A stretch of 63,893 nt of DNA, filler included, from Welwitschia mirabilis (taxonomy: Eukaryota), in NCBI GenBank assembly GCA_051453625.1. It is 6 parts of one record of this genome, joined end to end, with 100 filler letters (N's around TTAATTAATTAA, not from the genome) between each part and the next. Parts side by side here need not be neighbours in the genome. Positions count along the whole stretch, not along the records: positions 1 to 28,004 come from JBOZIK010000001.1; 5 more parts are not named here. One strand, 5' to 3'. The notes under the pieces are model-generated. The model was not told the DNA's origin, did no database searches, and worked only from the letters and a program-made list of their open reading frames with translations. The position numbers and the translations under genes were made by a program. Below, piece after piece: positions 1 to 12,571 of this stretch (positions are counted from its first letter, which is position 1; every line of letters starts with the position of its first letter).

Positions 1-745
1 TAATTATATCTTAGTGGCAGTCAATTATGTAATAAAATGAATTAAAGCCATACCTGCATAAAATTATGATGCAAAAACTATTTGCCATTCCTTAAATCAA
101 ATATGTTTCTAAGATTTGGATTTTTTAGGATTCTCATTTCTAATTAAGGTACTTACTTTATCAATGAGATCCTTAGAAAACTCTTACTTTTAGTTGGAAT
201 TGAACATAGAATAGCTAACTCTTACCATATTCAATCAAATGGGCAAGCTAAAAACACTAATTAAGAGATCAAGAAAGTACTCTTAAAACTTTACCACATG
301 TCTCAAAAATCATGGATACTTCATCTTAATGACATCCTTTGGGCTTTCATATGACTTGACATAATTCTTTGGGTTCTTTTCTTTATGAACTTGTCTATAG
401 AAAACATGTGTACTTCTAGTCAATCTATGCTATAATTCTTATAATGTAAACTATCAAGTTAACCTTGTTTCTCATGATGATAATCTTCAAGTATGCTTAA
501 TTCAATTGAACTGCCTTAATGAAAACAAAATATAGGCTCTCCACTGCCAACTGATAGTTAAAGCTCAAACTAAATTTAGACATGATAAAAACCATATGCA
601 TAAAGACTTTTACCCTGTTTAGTATGTTTTACTTTTCAATGCTAGAGTTCATTTAATTCACAATAAACTAACTTCTAGATGATTGGGTTCATATCTAATT
701 GAAAAGATGTATTCTAATAGTCCCATTAAGATTTCTAATCTAAAA
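1..745 (+). pseudogene. Ty3/gypsy (Athila-lineage) integrase core and C-terminal relic
   Basis: Frame from base 2 reads NYILVAVNYVIK*IKAIPA*NYDAKT, then (with frameshifts) RFGF..ILIS..GTYFIN, GIEHRIA, YHIQSNGQA, ILHLNDILWAF and KAQTKFRHDK. These match the rve integrase pattern YILVAVDYVSKWVEA...YHPQTNGQAE...W...LD.ALWA. Many stops. Confidence 0.9.
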
Positions 746-1202
746 NNNNNNNNNNTAAACATGATAAAAGTACTTGAGTTAGGTGATCCTTTCCTTAAAA
801 AAGAGGATTCCCTTCCCTTTATCATTATATAGATGACTCTTTAACTTAATCTATCTAGGATTCTTCAGAGTAATTATTCATCCTTAGCATGACCAATTCT
901 CTATTAGTATGATTCATGAAGTTCAATAAGTAATGAGTTTGGGTTTTATTCAAACTCAAGGTATTCAAATGCTTATGAATCTTTGACTCTTATCAAGTGC
1001 CTCATTAGAGAAGTGCAATTACCTTCAAAAGGAAAAAGAAAAATTTTGTTTATTTCGATGGTATCCTATTATAAGCACACCAAAGGAATAGTTAGTTCTC
1101 AAGTCCATTCTCTTTTGGTAGTATCATATGGAAGCTATGAACATTCCACTAAGGGGATAGTTGATTAGGATTAGGTTATTACCTGTAGACCCTTTCCCCT
1201 AT

Positions 1203-2175
1203 GGAAATGGTTGCACCTCCTTCATCATGAAGAATGATATCTTTCAATACTAAATATCTCTTTTTAAAATAAAACCTTGAGAAAAAGAAAAAAAAGGTGG
1301 AGCTAGGGGAGGAAGAGAAAGAAATAAAGAAAGAAAGAAGAAGAAAAATAAAAAGTACTAAAAAACTCCATAGGTACTTGATGATCATCTCTTTATAATT
1401 ACTTACTTCTAAATTTATTATCTTTAAGAACTATGTCATGCATATCTTTCATATTAACTAGTCTAATAGTTATCCTATGTGGGTTGTATTAGCTTGACGT
1501 CTAGAATGAAAGGGACAGACCTTATTCATGTTATCTATATCCATTTCTTTTATCCTTTAATAGTTAAGTTAAATTCTCAAAATCAACTCCCATTTGTTGC
1601 GCCGCCAACTTAAGTGTATTTGATAGTGTATTTTGAGTTGTTTCGCAGATAAACTAACAGATAAATGCTCAGTTTCTATGACNNNNNNNNNNNNNNNNNN
1701 NNNNNNNNNNNNNNNNNNNNNNNNNNNNNNNNNNNNNNNNNNNNNNNNNNNNNNNNNNNNNNNNNNNNNNNNNNNNNNNNNNGGAAATGGTTGCACCTCC
1801 TTCATCATGAAGAATGATATCTTTCAATACTAAATCTTTCTTTTTAAAATAAAAACCCTGAGAAAAAGAAAAAAAAGGTGGAGCTGGGGGAGGAAGAGAA
1901 AGAAATAATGAAAGAAAGAAGAAGAAAAATAAAAAGCACTAAAAAACTCCATAGGTACTTGATGATCATCTTTTTATAATTACTTACTTCTAAATTTATT
2001 ATCTTTAAGAACTATGTCATGCATAGCTTTCATATTTACTAGTCTAATAGTTATCCTATGTGGGTTATATTAGCTTGACATCTAGAATGAAAGGGACAAA
2101 CCTTATTCATGTTATCTATATCCATTTATTTTATACTTTAATAGTTAAGTTAAATTCTCAAAATAAAATCACATT
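1203..2175. repeat. Gap-flanking near-identical duplicate pair (1203-1594 vs 1783-2175)
   Basis: The same ~390 bp starting GGAAATGGTTGCACCTCC occurs on both sides of the 100-N gap at 1683-1782, with scattered substitutions. Confidence 0.95.
1595..1682 (+). mobile_element. 5' terminus of an LTR (family A-related) inserted in the first duplicate copy
   Basis: TGTTGCGCCGCCAACTTAAGTGTATTTGATAGTGTATTTTGAG resembles the LTR start TGTTGTGATGCCAAATTGTATGTATTTGATGAGGTATTTTGAG at 9095. It retains CpGs. Confidence 0.7.
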
Positions 2176-3485
2176 CTTCTTAAAATTCTTGTTGTATGTA
2201 ATTCTTTAGTTAAGTCTAGTTAGCCATCATGAATTGTATGCATTCATTATTTAACTAATGGTTTTAGACAATATTTTGAAACATGTCCTAGGGCTCAATT
2301 TGTACGTTTCATCTTTGAATTTTTGCATAGATTATTTTAAATTTCTAGTTCTTATGCTTTAACCATATTTTAAGTAGTTTTCACCTTAATTTTTCTACTT
2401 TACTTAATTTTCCTAAAACCTTTCTAACATCTCTAAGCCTCCTCTGAAATCTAAACTTAATTTTGCATTGTACCTTAAAAAATGCTATCATGCCACCTAT
2501 TGTCCCTATAATAGAGAGCATGATAGCCATTTTCACTTTCTAGAAAATTGACCACATGAATCATGATCCTTACCCTTTCCTTAGTTAAAAAACTTGAAAT
2601 CACTTAAATTTGGATGACCTAAGCACTGACAAATCATCTAGAATACAAATTTTCATGTACTTTTTCATTAGTCACCTTCAATCTAAATTCTTAGTCAATT
2701 GAACAAATTGATCACTTCCACTAGATACTTTACAAATCATTTATCNNNNNNNNNNNNNNNNNNNNNNNNNNNNNNNNNNNNNNNNNNNNNNNNNNNNNNN
2801 NNNNNNNNNNNNNNNNNNNNNNNNNNNNNNNNNNNNNNNNNNNNNATCTTGGATTCATAATTTTTTATCATGTTTAACACTAATTTAATTAAAGTTTTTA
2901 AGGCTTACCTCTTCCACATTAGCCTTTATAACCATTGAGTTTAGGATCATAATGCATCTCATGATTAAGAATTAACTTTGAAATCTAAGCTAGATCTAAC
3001 TTAGAAAAAGGTGTTTTTTCACATGTCATCCCAATGACATTAAGGGTGATAACTATAAATGCTCTTGGGATTTTTGTATGGCTATGCCCTATGTCATTGA
3101 CATAACCATAAGACTGACACATATGTCATGGCTACTATCATCTCCATGATATGAAGGAAAATGGTGTGATAGAATTTCTTTATAACCCCTTTTCTTCCTC
3201 ATTTTAAAACTAATATTCATGCAACTTGCTTTCTCTGATTCCTCTTAAGTGCCCCACTTATATTTAACCTTCGAAATTGTCAATTTAATATAATATAATT
3301 GCATTTCTTCATAATGAGGTAATTCTACACCTTTCTCATGATTCAAATTTCTCAAATTTTCTTATTTCTTTTATTTTAAATTACATCTCATGATTTCTCT
3401 CCATACCCAATTATGTTTTTGGTCATTCTACACTTAGAATACTACAATATTAAATTCTGTCCACTAGATTGATATTTATGAGAAT

Positions 3486-3594
3486 TATTGCGATGTGAAT
3501 TTATGCAATCTTGAAGCTCTTTAGGTAAACCTGTAAATCATATAACTTGCACAAAAACACAAGCTAGTATAGATGGGAGTTCACCTGAATGTCA
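3486..3594 (-). mobile_element. 3' terminus of a family A LTR, reverse orientation
   Basis: TATTGCGATGTGAATTTATGCAATCTTGAAG...AAACCTGTAAATCAT aligns by eye with the LTR termini at 40790 and 55454. Confidence 0.8.
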
Positions 3595-4189
3595 NNNNNN
3601 NNNNNNNNNNNNNNNNNNNNNNNNNNNNNNNNNNNNNNNNNNNNNNNNNNNNNNNNNNNNNNNNNNNNNNNNNNNNNNNNNNNNNNNNNNNNNNTGCAAC
3701 TTGCTTTCTCTGATTCCTCTTAAGTGCCCCACTCATATTTAACCTTCAGAGTTGCTAATTTAATATAGTATAATTGCATTTCTTCATAATGAGGTAATTC
3801 TGCACCTTTCTCATGATTCAAATTTCTTAAATTTTCTTATTTCTTTTATTTTGGATTACATCTCATGATTTCTCTCCATACCTAATAATGTTTTTGGTCA
3901 TTCTACACTTAGAATACTATAATATCAAATTTTGTCCACTAGATTGATATTTATGAGTATTTTNNNNNNNNNNNNNNNNNNNNNNNNNNNNNNGGAGTTT
4001 TTCACTTATCATGTACTCAATTCCCTATAATTTTTATCTAATTAGATGTCAAAATGATCCTTGTTTTGATAGTTATGATTTGGTTCTTATGGAAGAGCAT
4101 TTGGTTACCAAGAAATTAAGTTATGTATATTTTTCTCTTTTCTTCTTGAATGGCACAAATCTATGTTGTGATTCTCTTTATGTAGTGAT

Positions 4190-5730
4190 ATAGATCCCTC
4201 CTCCTCTTGAACCTACACATACTCTGCTAGTGCCTGAGTAGCAAGACAACAAGAACAAGAGGCTATTCTATAAGAATAAAGGCATAGCCTTGCTTCTCCC
4301 ATTTACCAAAGAGTAATGCACTTTAAAGATTATATACAGAGACTTGAACCTAACCTAGATCATACACTATAGGAGATAGATATTCAAGGATATTTATTAC
4401 ATGTTCATGACTCTTATTATTAAGTGGATATCATTTGGTTTTATTAGTCTTTTGAGGTCCTTATGGTCACCAAGAAGGACGGTTCACGATATAATTAGAT
4501 CAAGGCTATACTTGAAGGATGTCATATATATATATATATATTGATCCATAACATATCACAATAATTATAGGATTTCCCATATATGGGAAGAGGGTTGATT
4601 TTGTTGGAGGTAAGTTAGAGAGACAGACCTATGTTCTTTAGCTAGAGTTACCATATCATGCAAGTGATGATCAACGAGGGGTACTGTGACGCATTTGCCT
4701 TTCTACTATCATATCCTTTACTAAATTCTCATCCATGACATAGCTCCAGTTTGTTATGCTTCATACATCATGATTGCTTATCTCTAGATCTTAAATCTCA
4801 TTCATCATGGAGAGAGGATGGACTTTTTCACCTTTAGTTAATGCCAACTTAAATGGATGAGCACCTAATGTTGATTTTTTACCATTACCTATCCTTGATT
4901 ATTGAGTGCTCTATTTAGATGATTCAAAATTCCTATCCTAGTAGATACTCCTCATTTAGTTCATATTTTGACCAATGACCAATACTTTAGAAGACTAGGA
5001 ATAAAGATCCTAGGTATAACTCCATATGCTCCTAGTAAGGCCCTTGTAGCACAACTACCTTCACCTCCTCTTGAATAGACTTAGGTAGCTGCAGGCATTA
5101 CATTAGACTATCTTAAAGCATTATTAGAAAGTACGGAGCAGAGATTATATTCATAGATGAAAGATTTCCATGCTAGATTCTCTTCTCAAGTGGAGGATTT
5201 CAATGTTCATACTACCACATGACTTAATTTATTAGAGGCATGTGTTTACACTATAGAGGAGTAGTGTAGAGCTACCTTGGAGAGGCTAATAGATATTCAG
5301 CAAGATACTTTAGTGGACATCCCTAAGATGAATCATGTTCATCATGATGCAACTACAGCTAGCTTATAAGAGCACATCTCTCACTACTTTCTAGACATCA
5401 AGGAGCCTATTGTTAAGCCACTTATGGAGATAAGTGATAAGAANNNNNNNNNNNNNNNNNNNNNNNNNNNNNNNNNNNNNNNNNNNNNNNNNNNNNNNNN
5501 NNNNNNNNNNNNNNNNNNNNNNNNNNNNNNNNNNNNNNNNNNNGCTAATAAATATTCAGCAAGATACTCAATGGACATCCCTAAGATGATTCATGTTCAT
5601 CATGATGCAACTATAGCTAGATTATAAGAGCACATCTCTCACTACTTTCTAGACATCAAGAAGCTTATTGTTAAGCCACTTATGGAGATAAGTGATAAGA
5701 AAGATACTTATATGGAGGTTGAGTTTTAGT
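4190..5730 (+). pseudogene. Athila env-like / ORF2 relic (ATHILA ORF-1 / Transposase_32-like)
   Basis: Reads DPSSS*TYTYSASA*VARQQEQEAIL...HDSYY*VDIIWFY*SFEV...IKAILEGCHI..IDP*HITIIIGFPIYG, then LNLIHHGERMD, an LPYP.LI-like motif and a heptad-rich tail (TLDYLKALLESTEQRL...LERLIDIQQD). It lies between integrase and PPT. The stops are consistent with CGA/CAA/CAG to TGA/TAA/TAG changes. Confidence 0.7.
4524..4541. repeat. (AT)9 microsatellite inside the env-like relic
   Basis: ATATATATATATATATAT read directly. Confidence 0.9.
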
Positions 5731-6431
5731 CATCTCTACATAAGGACCCATGATGTTTGGTGTAGTCTTATCATCCAAGCTATANNNNNNNNNNNNNNNN
5801 NNNCTTGAACTAGTAGTTGATAATTATGTAATGCTTATTTTTATGATGACTTCTTTATCTTAATTGCAACTTTGTATAGACATTCAAAATGATTTTTATT
5901 AGATTTTGAGGCCTTCTTTGCCTAAACAACTGACATCACAAAGTCCTCTTTCACTTTGTTTATCTATGTATTGATAAACCGCCAAGTGGAGGGCTCCATT
6001 GTAATACTAATTTTCCATATTTTAATAGTGTAATTGATGATGTNNNNNNNNNNNNNNNNNNNNNNNNNNNNNNNNNNNNNNNNNNNNNNNNNNNNNNNNN
6101 NNNNNNNNNNNNNNNNNNNNNNNNNNNNNNNNNNNNNNNNNNNCTACATAAGGACCCATGATTTTTGATGTAATCTTATCATCCAAGCTATATAAAAACT
6201 ATGACTCTTTCATGTTATTGTACTCATGCACATTGTTCTTGAACTAGTAGTTGATAATTATGTAATTCTTATTTTTATGATGACTTCTTTATCTTAATTA
6301 CAACTTTGTATAGACATTCAAAATGATTTTTTATTAGATTTTGAGGCCTTCTTTCCCTAAACAATTGATATTACAAAGTCCTCTTTTACTTTGTTTATCT
6401 ATGTATTGATAAACTGCTAAGTGGAGGGCTC

Positions 6432-7716
6432 CATTGTAATACTAATTTTTCATATTTTAATAGTGTAATTGATGATTTTTTATAGGGAATAGGAACTTAA
6501 TTTAGTAATTTTTAAGAACTTTATGACAAAGCAATAGAATAGCTCAATTATGATCTTAATTGCTATATTTTCATTTATGAGATTAGGAATTCAAACAAAG
6601 GAAAATTGGAGCAAAAATTGAAAGAAAAACTCAAAGAATTATATGTTGTCTCNNNNNNNNNNNNNNNNNNNNNNNNNNTGACAACATTGCAACAAAGCTA
6701 TGGAGCTACTGACTAAGTGATGTTGAGGTAATGCTGACTTGGTGATCTAATATATTTGTTGTAGTTTGAATTCAAATGGTAATGATCTTCTAATGTGACA
6801 ACCTATGATTAGATGATGAAGGAGTGTTGTATCATATGCCATTCCAATGATAACATTAATACAATAGTAGCATAACATCTTCCTAACTAAGTGTTATAAC
6901 CCACATTTTGTAAGCTTNNNNNNNNNNNNNNNNNNNNNNNNNNNNNNNNNNNNNNNNNNNNNNNNNNNNNNNNNNNNNNNNNNNNNNNNNNNNNNNNNNN
7001 NNNNNNNNNNNNNNNNNAATTCTTCCTAACTAAGTTAATTAAGATCTAGTTTGTGCATAATAAGGCCATTTCACTTGTATCAACCTTCTAGATCCATAAC
7101 CCTCTTAGGAGAAATAAACCCTCATTTGATCTCATTTTGGCATCTTTTGACATTTGAGAATTAGTGAAAAAGGCATCCAAGGCATCAAAGGTCCATTTTT
7201 GTATTAAGAGAGATTATTCTTAGTGATTACGCTATGTTTCTGTCATTGAAAAATCACTACTATGCTAAGGTATTTATAAGAAATTGAATTTATTGAATAA
7301 AATGTCTTCTTTCTATAAATTATCTTATTTCTCTTATGGCTTGTATTATGTTTGATTAATTCTATTATTTAAATTAAATCTAATTTAATATAGATCATAA
7401 CGACTAATTTTTAAGTGGAAATAACTTAGAAATTAGTTATCATTGGCTTGCATTCTTCATTTCTCATTCTTTTGCATTTCATCATTAGAATAGTTGCATT
7501 GTTCTTCTTCCTTTTTGCATAAAAATGCAAAATTCCTTAAAGAGATTATATTAAAATTCAAATATTTATTCTTTTTTATTTATGTACTTAATTAGTATTT
7601 TTTAATGTTCTCTAAATTATGACATTCGTTAATTGAATCATCCTATACTAAGCCTAATTGCAATTACATTATTTCTAGAATTGACTACTTTTGAAGTGAA
7701 ATTTAGGCCATCAACA
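6432..7716 (+). repeat. 3' LTR of the family C element
   Basis: Follows PPT-like AAGTGGAGGGCT, starts CATTGTAATACTAATTTT (compare family A TGTTGCAATGCTAATTT) and ends ...CATCAACA. The PPT and start are duplicated at ~5984-6043 across a gap. Confidence 0.6.
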
Positions 7717-9949
7717 TTATCTATTTTTATTTTGTTTTTCTTAGGCATCTTACTTAGAATTTTAAATTTATTTTTGTACTTTTTCATTACAAATTTATAG
7801 GACTTAATCATTTAGTAGTTTTCTAGTTGTTTTTATTTTCAGTCATAATTTTCATCNNNNNNNNNNNNNNNNNNNNNNNNNNNNAATAGAGGATGTTATT
7901 TTATTAAATTTTTTCCATCTACTCATTTAGATTTGGCATTCATGTAATAATTCTATATGATTTTGAGTTTAGATGAATTTGTAATTTTCTTTCACATTAC
8001 TTCTTCCTACTTAATACATTTTCATCATCTTATTATGGTACTCCTTTATTTACCTCAAGGTCACCTGCTTTACCATGCTTTGTTCACCATAATTCTTAGT
8101 TTTTTCCATCTTTTAAACTTCATTATGACTTTTCTAGGACTTACTATTATTGTCATTGGCTACCTTACTTTGCTTTAGTTTTAATTTTTCTAATCATTTT
8201 AGAACGCCTCTCATCCACCTCATCATCCAAATGACATAAGTGAACAACACTTAAAAATATGTGCTTCTTATCTTTTCTTCTTATGTTAATGTAATATAGG
8301 ATGTATCGATTCATGTATTAGGGGAATGATAGGATAGAACATACTTTTGAGATAATTTTTAAGGAAAAATTCTATTTCTAGGAATCATTTTTTATCTTTC
8401 ATGTAATGTACTAGTTTGATTATGATTTTATATTATTTTTATGATACACTTTTTAGTAGGCCTCTACATCTACTATTTTAGCAATCTTTCAGAATGAAGA
8501 AGAGAATTCTCCTTCTCCATTTTCACTTATGAACTCCTATGCAGATTAACTATAGCATCATGAGGAAAATGGTGTTTTAAACTATTAATTATATGTTCAT
8601 CGTTTTTGTGGATTGTATTTGAAAACTCAAAGATTAGTATATAGCATTATTGAGTTATCATTCTTTTTTTATTAAAAATTCACATCATTTATCTAATTTA
8701 TTATGGTTTTATCTTTTAATAACCTTTTGATATGATATTTGATTTCTCTTTTTAGATGTGCTGAAAATTTTAAGTTGAAGGTTAATGTAGCTTTTATGAA
8801 CTCTAATACTATTTTCTTATGAGCATGTTTTTAGGCACTTAATTTTTCAAGTCCTATGTTTTTAATTCTATCATCTCATATATCATCCAAATGATGCACA
8901 AGACGATAGTATAGTCTCATACTCTATCAAAGTAATATGTTCAGTTCATTATACTTTAACATTTTATCCTACATAATGAAATGTTTAAGCTTGATTTACC
9001 TTTTTTTAGTTAATTTATATTTTAGTCCATTTTACTTACAATTGTAGTTGTTTGTCAACTTTGTCTAGAACTGATAAAACTAAATGGGAGGCTATGTTGT
9101 GATGCCAAATTGTATGTATTTGATGAGGTATTTTGAGTGTTATTATAAGATATTTAGACAGGTTTAGATAGAGTTGTGACAATAATGAAGAGTCAATGCA
9201 ATCATCACAAAAATGTATAATATTTGACATATTTAAAGGCATTTTAAGCAAATCCTGATACTTAACATTATAAGAAGGAATCTGACAATCAAAGAGGCCT
9301 ATTTTACTTAACAAAAAAATGAAAACATTCATCATCCCCATCATTGTTTAGATGATAGTACTAGATGACTATATAAGAAAGCTGATAAGGATGCTAACTA
9401 GACTAAACTAAAAGCTGATATCAATCCATTCTGATGTGGCATTATCTTCATAATTATCTAGATAATAGTTAGGATGAGAGTACACCTAATTTTAATAACA
9501 TAACAAACTTTACCTAACTATAACTAGGTATGATGCATCCTCCTTAGTACTACTAGGATTTCTTTTACTTGTTGGATTTTCTATTGTTAGGATGTTTCTT
9601 GTAATATACCTCCTTTACTATTACTCTAACTTTAATCTTCTTTGGCATTTGAAAATCTAGTGATAGAAGATTAAAGTATAGGAAATGCATCCATTAGTTT
9701 AGAGGGAATACTTTCTTGGTATTAGGCTATGTACATTTCATTCAAGTGATACTTCTTTATACCTAGATGTTAGTTAAGATTAATCAAAACGATTTTCTTT
9801 ATTTTCATTATATGCATGTCCTTTATGGTTTATATTGGTTATGATTTGTTGACAACATTACAATTGATCTAAATTATGAAGGAAACCTTTGTTAAGGTTG
9901 ATATTAATAGTTTAGTATTTTCATTTTATTTCTTATTGCATTTCCATAA
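7717..9949 (+). mobile_element. Family A Athila-like element: 3' non-coding region, PPT (9078-9094) and start of 3' LTR (9095 onward)
   Basis: AACTAAATGGGAGGCTA followed by TGTTGTGATGCC. The upstream region resembles 26600-27978 and 32600-33733. Confidence 0.8.
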
Positions 9950-10940
9950 NNNNNNNNNNNNNNNNNNNNNNNNNNNNNNNNNNNNNNNNNNNNNNNNNNN
10001 NNNNNNNNNNNNNNNNNNNNNNNNNNNNNNNNNNNNNNNNNNNNNNNNNNNNNNNNNNNNNNNNNNNNNNNNNNNNNNNNNNNNNNNNNNNNNNNNNNNN
10101 NNNNNNNNNNNNNNNNNNNNNNNNNNNNNNNNNNNNNNNNNNNNNNNNNNNNNNNNNNNNNNNNNNNNNNNNNNNNNNNNNNNNNNNNNNNNNNNNNNNN
10201 NNNNNNNNNNNNNNNNNNNNNNNNNNNNNNNNNNNNNNNNNNNNNNNNNNNNNNNNNNNNNNNNNNNNNNNNNNNNNNNNNNNNNNNNNNNNNNNNNNNN
10301 NNNNNNNNNNNNNNNNNNNNNNNNNNNNNNNNNNNNNNNNNNNNNNNNNNNNNNNNNNNNNNNNNNNNNNNNNNNNNNNNNNNNNNNNNNNNNNNNNNNN
10401 NNNNNNNNNNNNNNNNNNNNNNNNNNNNNNNNNNNNNNNNNNNNNNNNNNNNNNNNNNNNNNNNNNNNNNNNNNNNNNNNNNNNNNNNNNNNNNNNNNNN
10501 NNNNNNNNNNNNNNNNNNNNNNNNNNNNNNNNNNNNNNNNNNNNNNNNNNNNNNNNNNNNNNNNNNNNNNNNNNNNNNNNNNNNNNNNNNNNNNNNNNNN
10601 NNNNNNNNNNNNNNNNNNNNNNNNNNNNNNNNNNNNNNNNNNNNNNNNNNNNNNNNNNNNNNNNNNNNNNNNNNNNNNNNNNNNNNNNNNNNNNNNNNNN
10701 NNNNNNNNNNNNNNNNNNNNNNNNNNNNNNNNNNNNNNNNNNNNNNNNNNNNNNNNNNNNNNNNNNNNNNNNNNNNNNNNNNNNNNNNNNNNNNNNNNNN
10801 NNNNNNNNNNNNNNNNNNNNNNNNNNNNNNNNNNNNNNNNNNNNNNNNNNNNNNNNNNNNNNNNNNNNNNNNNNNNNNNNNNNNNNNNNNNNNNNNNNNN
10901 NNNNNNNNNNNNNNNNNNNNNNNNNNNNNNNNNNNNNNNN

Positions 10941-11790
10941 TCTTTAGCTTAAAATCCAAATGATTTTCTAAAGTCATCCCTTTTGTTGTACTTATATGAT
11001 ATAAGTCTTTTTACTCTCCTTGAAGTGAGGGCAAATTCCTCATGTACTTCATCATCAAAGTCATCTTATTCTTATCTTTTCTTTACATGTCCTTTTAAAA
11101 TATGTTTTTAGCTTTTACTTGCCTTAAGAACAATGGGTTTTTCTTTTATGCCATCATCTTAATGAGATTTATTTCATAAGCTATTAGGGTGCTTAATAGC
11201 TCTTTTATCTTCATAGTGTTGAAATGTCTTGACTCTTTCATGATCATAGTTTTAGACTTGTATTTAAAGTTAAATACCTAATAACATTTTGTATTATCCT
11301 AGCTTTTGAAAAAATTTCATCAATGTCATAAATTATGTTTATAATGTTGAAGGCTCTTCTGAAATATTCATCAACTCCCTTTTTATTAATCATCTTGAAA
11401 TTCTTGAACTGGTTTGTTCATACAAGTATCTTTGAATGCTTGATAAGGGAAGTTCCTTCATATGTTCTAATAAGAATGTTATAAATCTATTATGATGTTT
11501 TGAAATCTACTATTCTATTAAAATCCTTTATTATTAAGGTTCAATAATGTGCATGTTTCTTCTTTATAATCATATATGAAAGCAACTTTCTCTTTATCTT
11601 CTCAATATTTTCTTTATTTGATCTCAGTGATAGTGTCTTCTGCAACATTTGTTATGGTTTTTATCATATTTGTATATCCTTATTGTATGATTTACCATAC
11701 TTAAAATACTAAAAGTACACCCATATCCTCATCTTCTAATAAGCATGGTTTTCCCACTGAAGAGTAGAGGTCTAATAGATGGCATCCCTT
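10941..11790 (-). pseudogene. Ty1/copia gag (UBN2 / Retrotran_gag_2-like) relic
   Basis: Minus strand, with frameshifts, reads FSG.NHAY*KMRI...FNRIVDFKTS..IYNILIRTYEGTSLIKHSKI...QFKNFKMI...VDEYFRR. This matches copia gag F.G.NY.YWK.RM and EFNRV...TA.EIW..L...YEGTS.VK.SK. Confidence 0.8.
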
Positions 11791-11832
11791 CCTTTATTCA
11801 TTTAAGAAACTTACTCCTTTTCATGAGTACCT

Positions 11833-11844
11833 ACTCTGATACCA
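11833..11844 (-). promoter_or_regulatory. Primer binding site, tRNA-iMet type
   Basis: Minus strand ...CACA-AG-TGGTATCAGAGT, 11/12 match to canonical TGGTATCAGAGC, between the LTR end and gag. Confidence 0.85.
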
Positions 11845-11846
11845 CT

Positions 11847-12571
11847 TGTGAATTATTGAATTTAAATGGTAGAGATGAATGAGTTTTATCAAATAAAATT
11901 TTAAGTAAATAACAAAATGAAAAGCATAGTAAAATAAATACCTTACTATAATAACATCATTTCCCAACTTGGGTACATTCATACATAGAGGGTAGATTTC
12001 TTTTACGTCTTTGGAAGTTCTTAATTTATAACAAATAGTGGTTTTCTAGCATATCATCTACCTTATAACATTAAGAGTATTCTTTCTGCGTAGCACTTTA
12101 TTATCCTCAAGGAAATAGTGATTTTTTGGTATACCACAAATCTTACAACAATAATGTAAGATGCTCCTAACTAGCTAGCAANNNNNNNNNNNNNNNNNNN
12201 NNNNNNNNNNNNNNNNNNNNNNNNNNNNNNNNNNNNNNNNNNNNNNNNNNNNNNNNNNNNNNNNNNNNNNNNNNNNNNNNNCCTCAAGGAAATAGTGATT
12301 TTTTGGTATACCACAAATCTTACAACAATAATGTAAGATGCTCCTAACTAGCTAGCAAACTCTATCCCTCAAGTAAACACAATAATGCAACTTCTTACAA
12401 GCATAGCCTCAAAGCACACTTATATAAGGGTTTTCTTACTATGATTTTGATGATAAAATAAAGGACTTAAAAAAATATTTAGAAATATGATAGTCCAATA
12501 ATGTAAGAACTAATAAATATAATATAACAACAAGCCTAAATGATATAAATTTGAAGAAGTACTTGAATTCA
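11847..12571 (-). repeat. 5' LTR of the copia element (includes a 100-N gap and a redundant 77-bp duplicate)
   Basis: Ends in CA two bases before the PBS and has a TATATAAG box on the minus strand near 12419-12426. The upstream boundary TGAATTC at 12571 is inferred from the junction with MULE coding sequence. Confidence 0.55.

Larger units (their letters stand above)
1..7716 (+). mobile_element. 3' half of an Athila-like LTR retrotransposon (family C): integrase, long spacer, env-like ORF, PPT, 3' LTR
   Basis: Ordered integrase (1-745), extra ORF relic (4190-5730), purine tract AAGTGGAGGG (6419-6428) and an LTR-like segment ending CATCAACA at 7716. Continuity across several N gaps is assumed. 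Confidence 0.65.

Noticed and set aside
1179..1388. Hydrophobic F/L/S-rich ORF (also 46752-47000) as a membrane peptide
   Set aside because: It is the translation of low-complexity T-rich strand sequence within TE non-coding regions.
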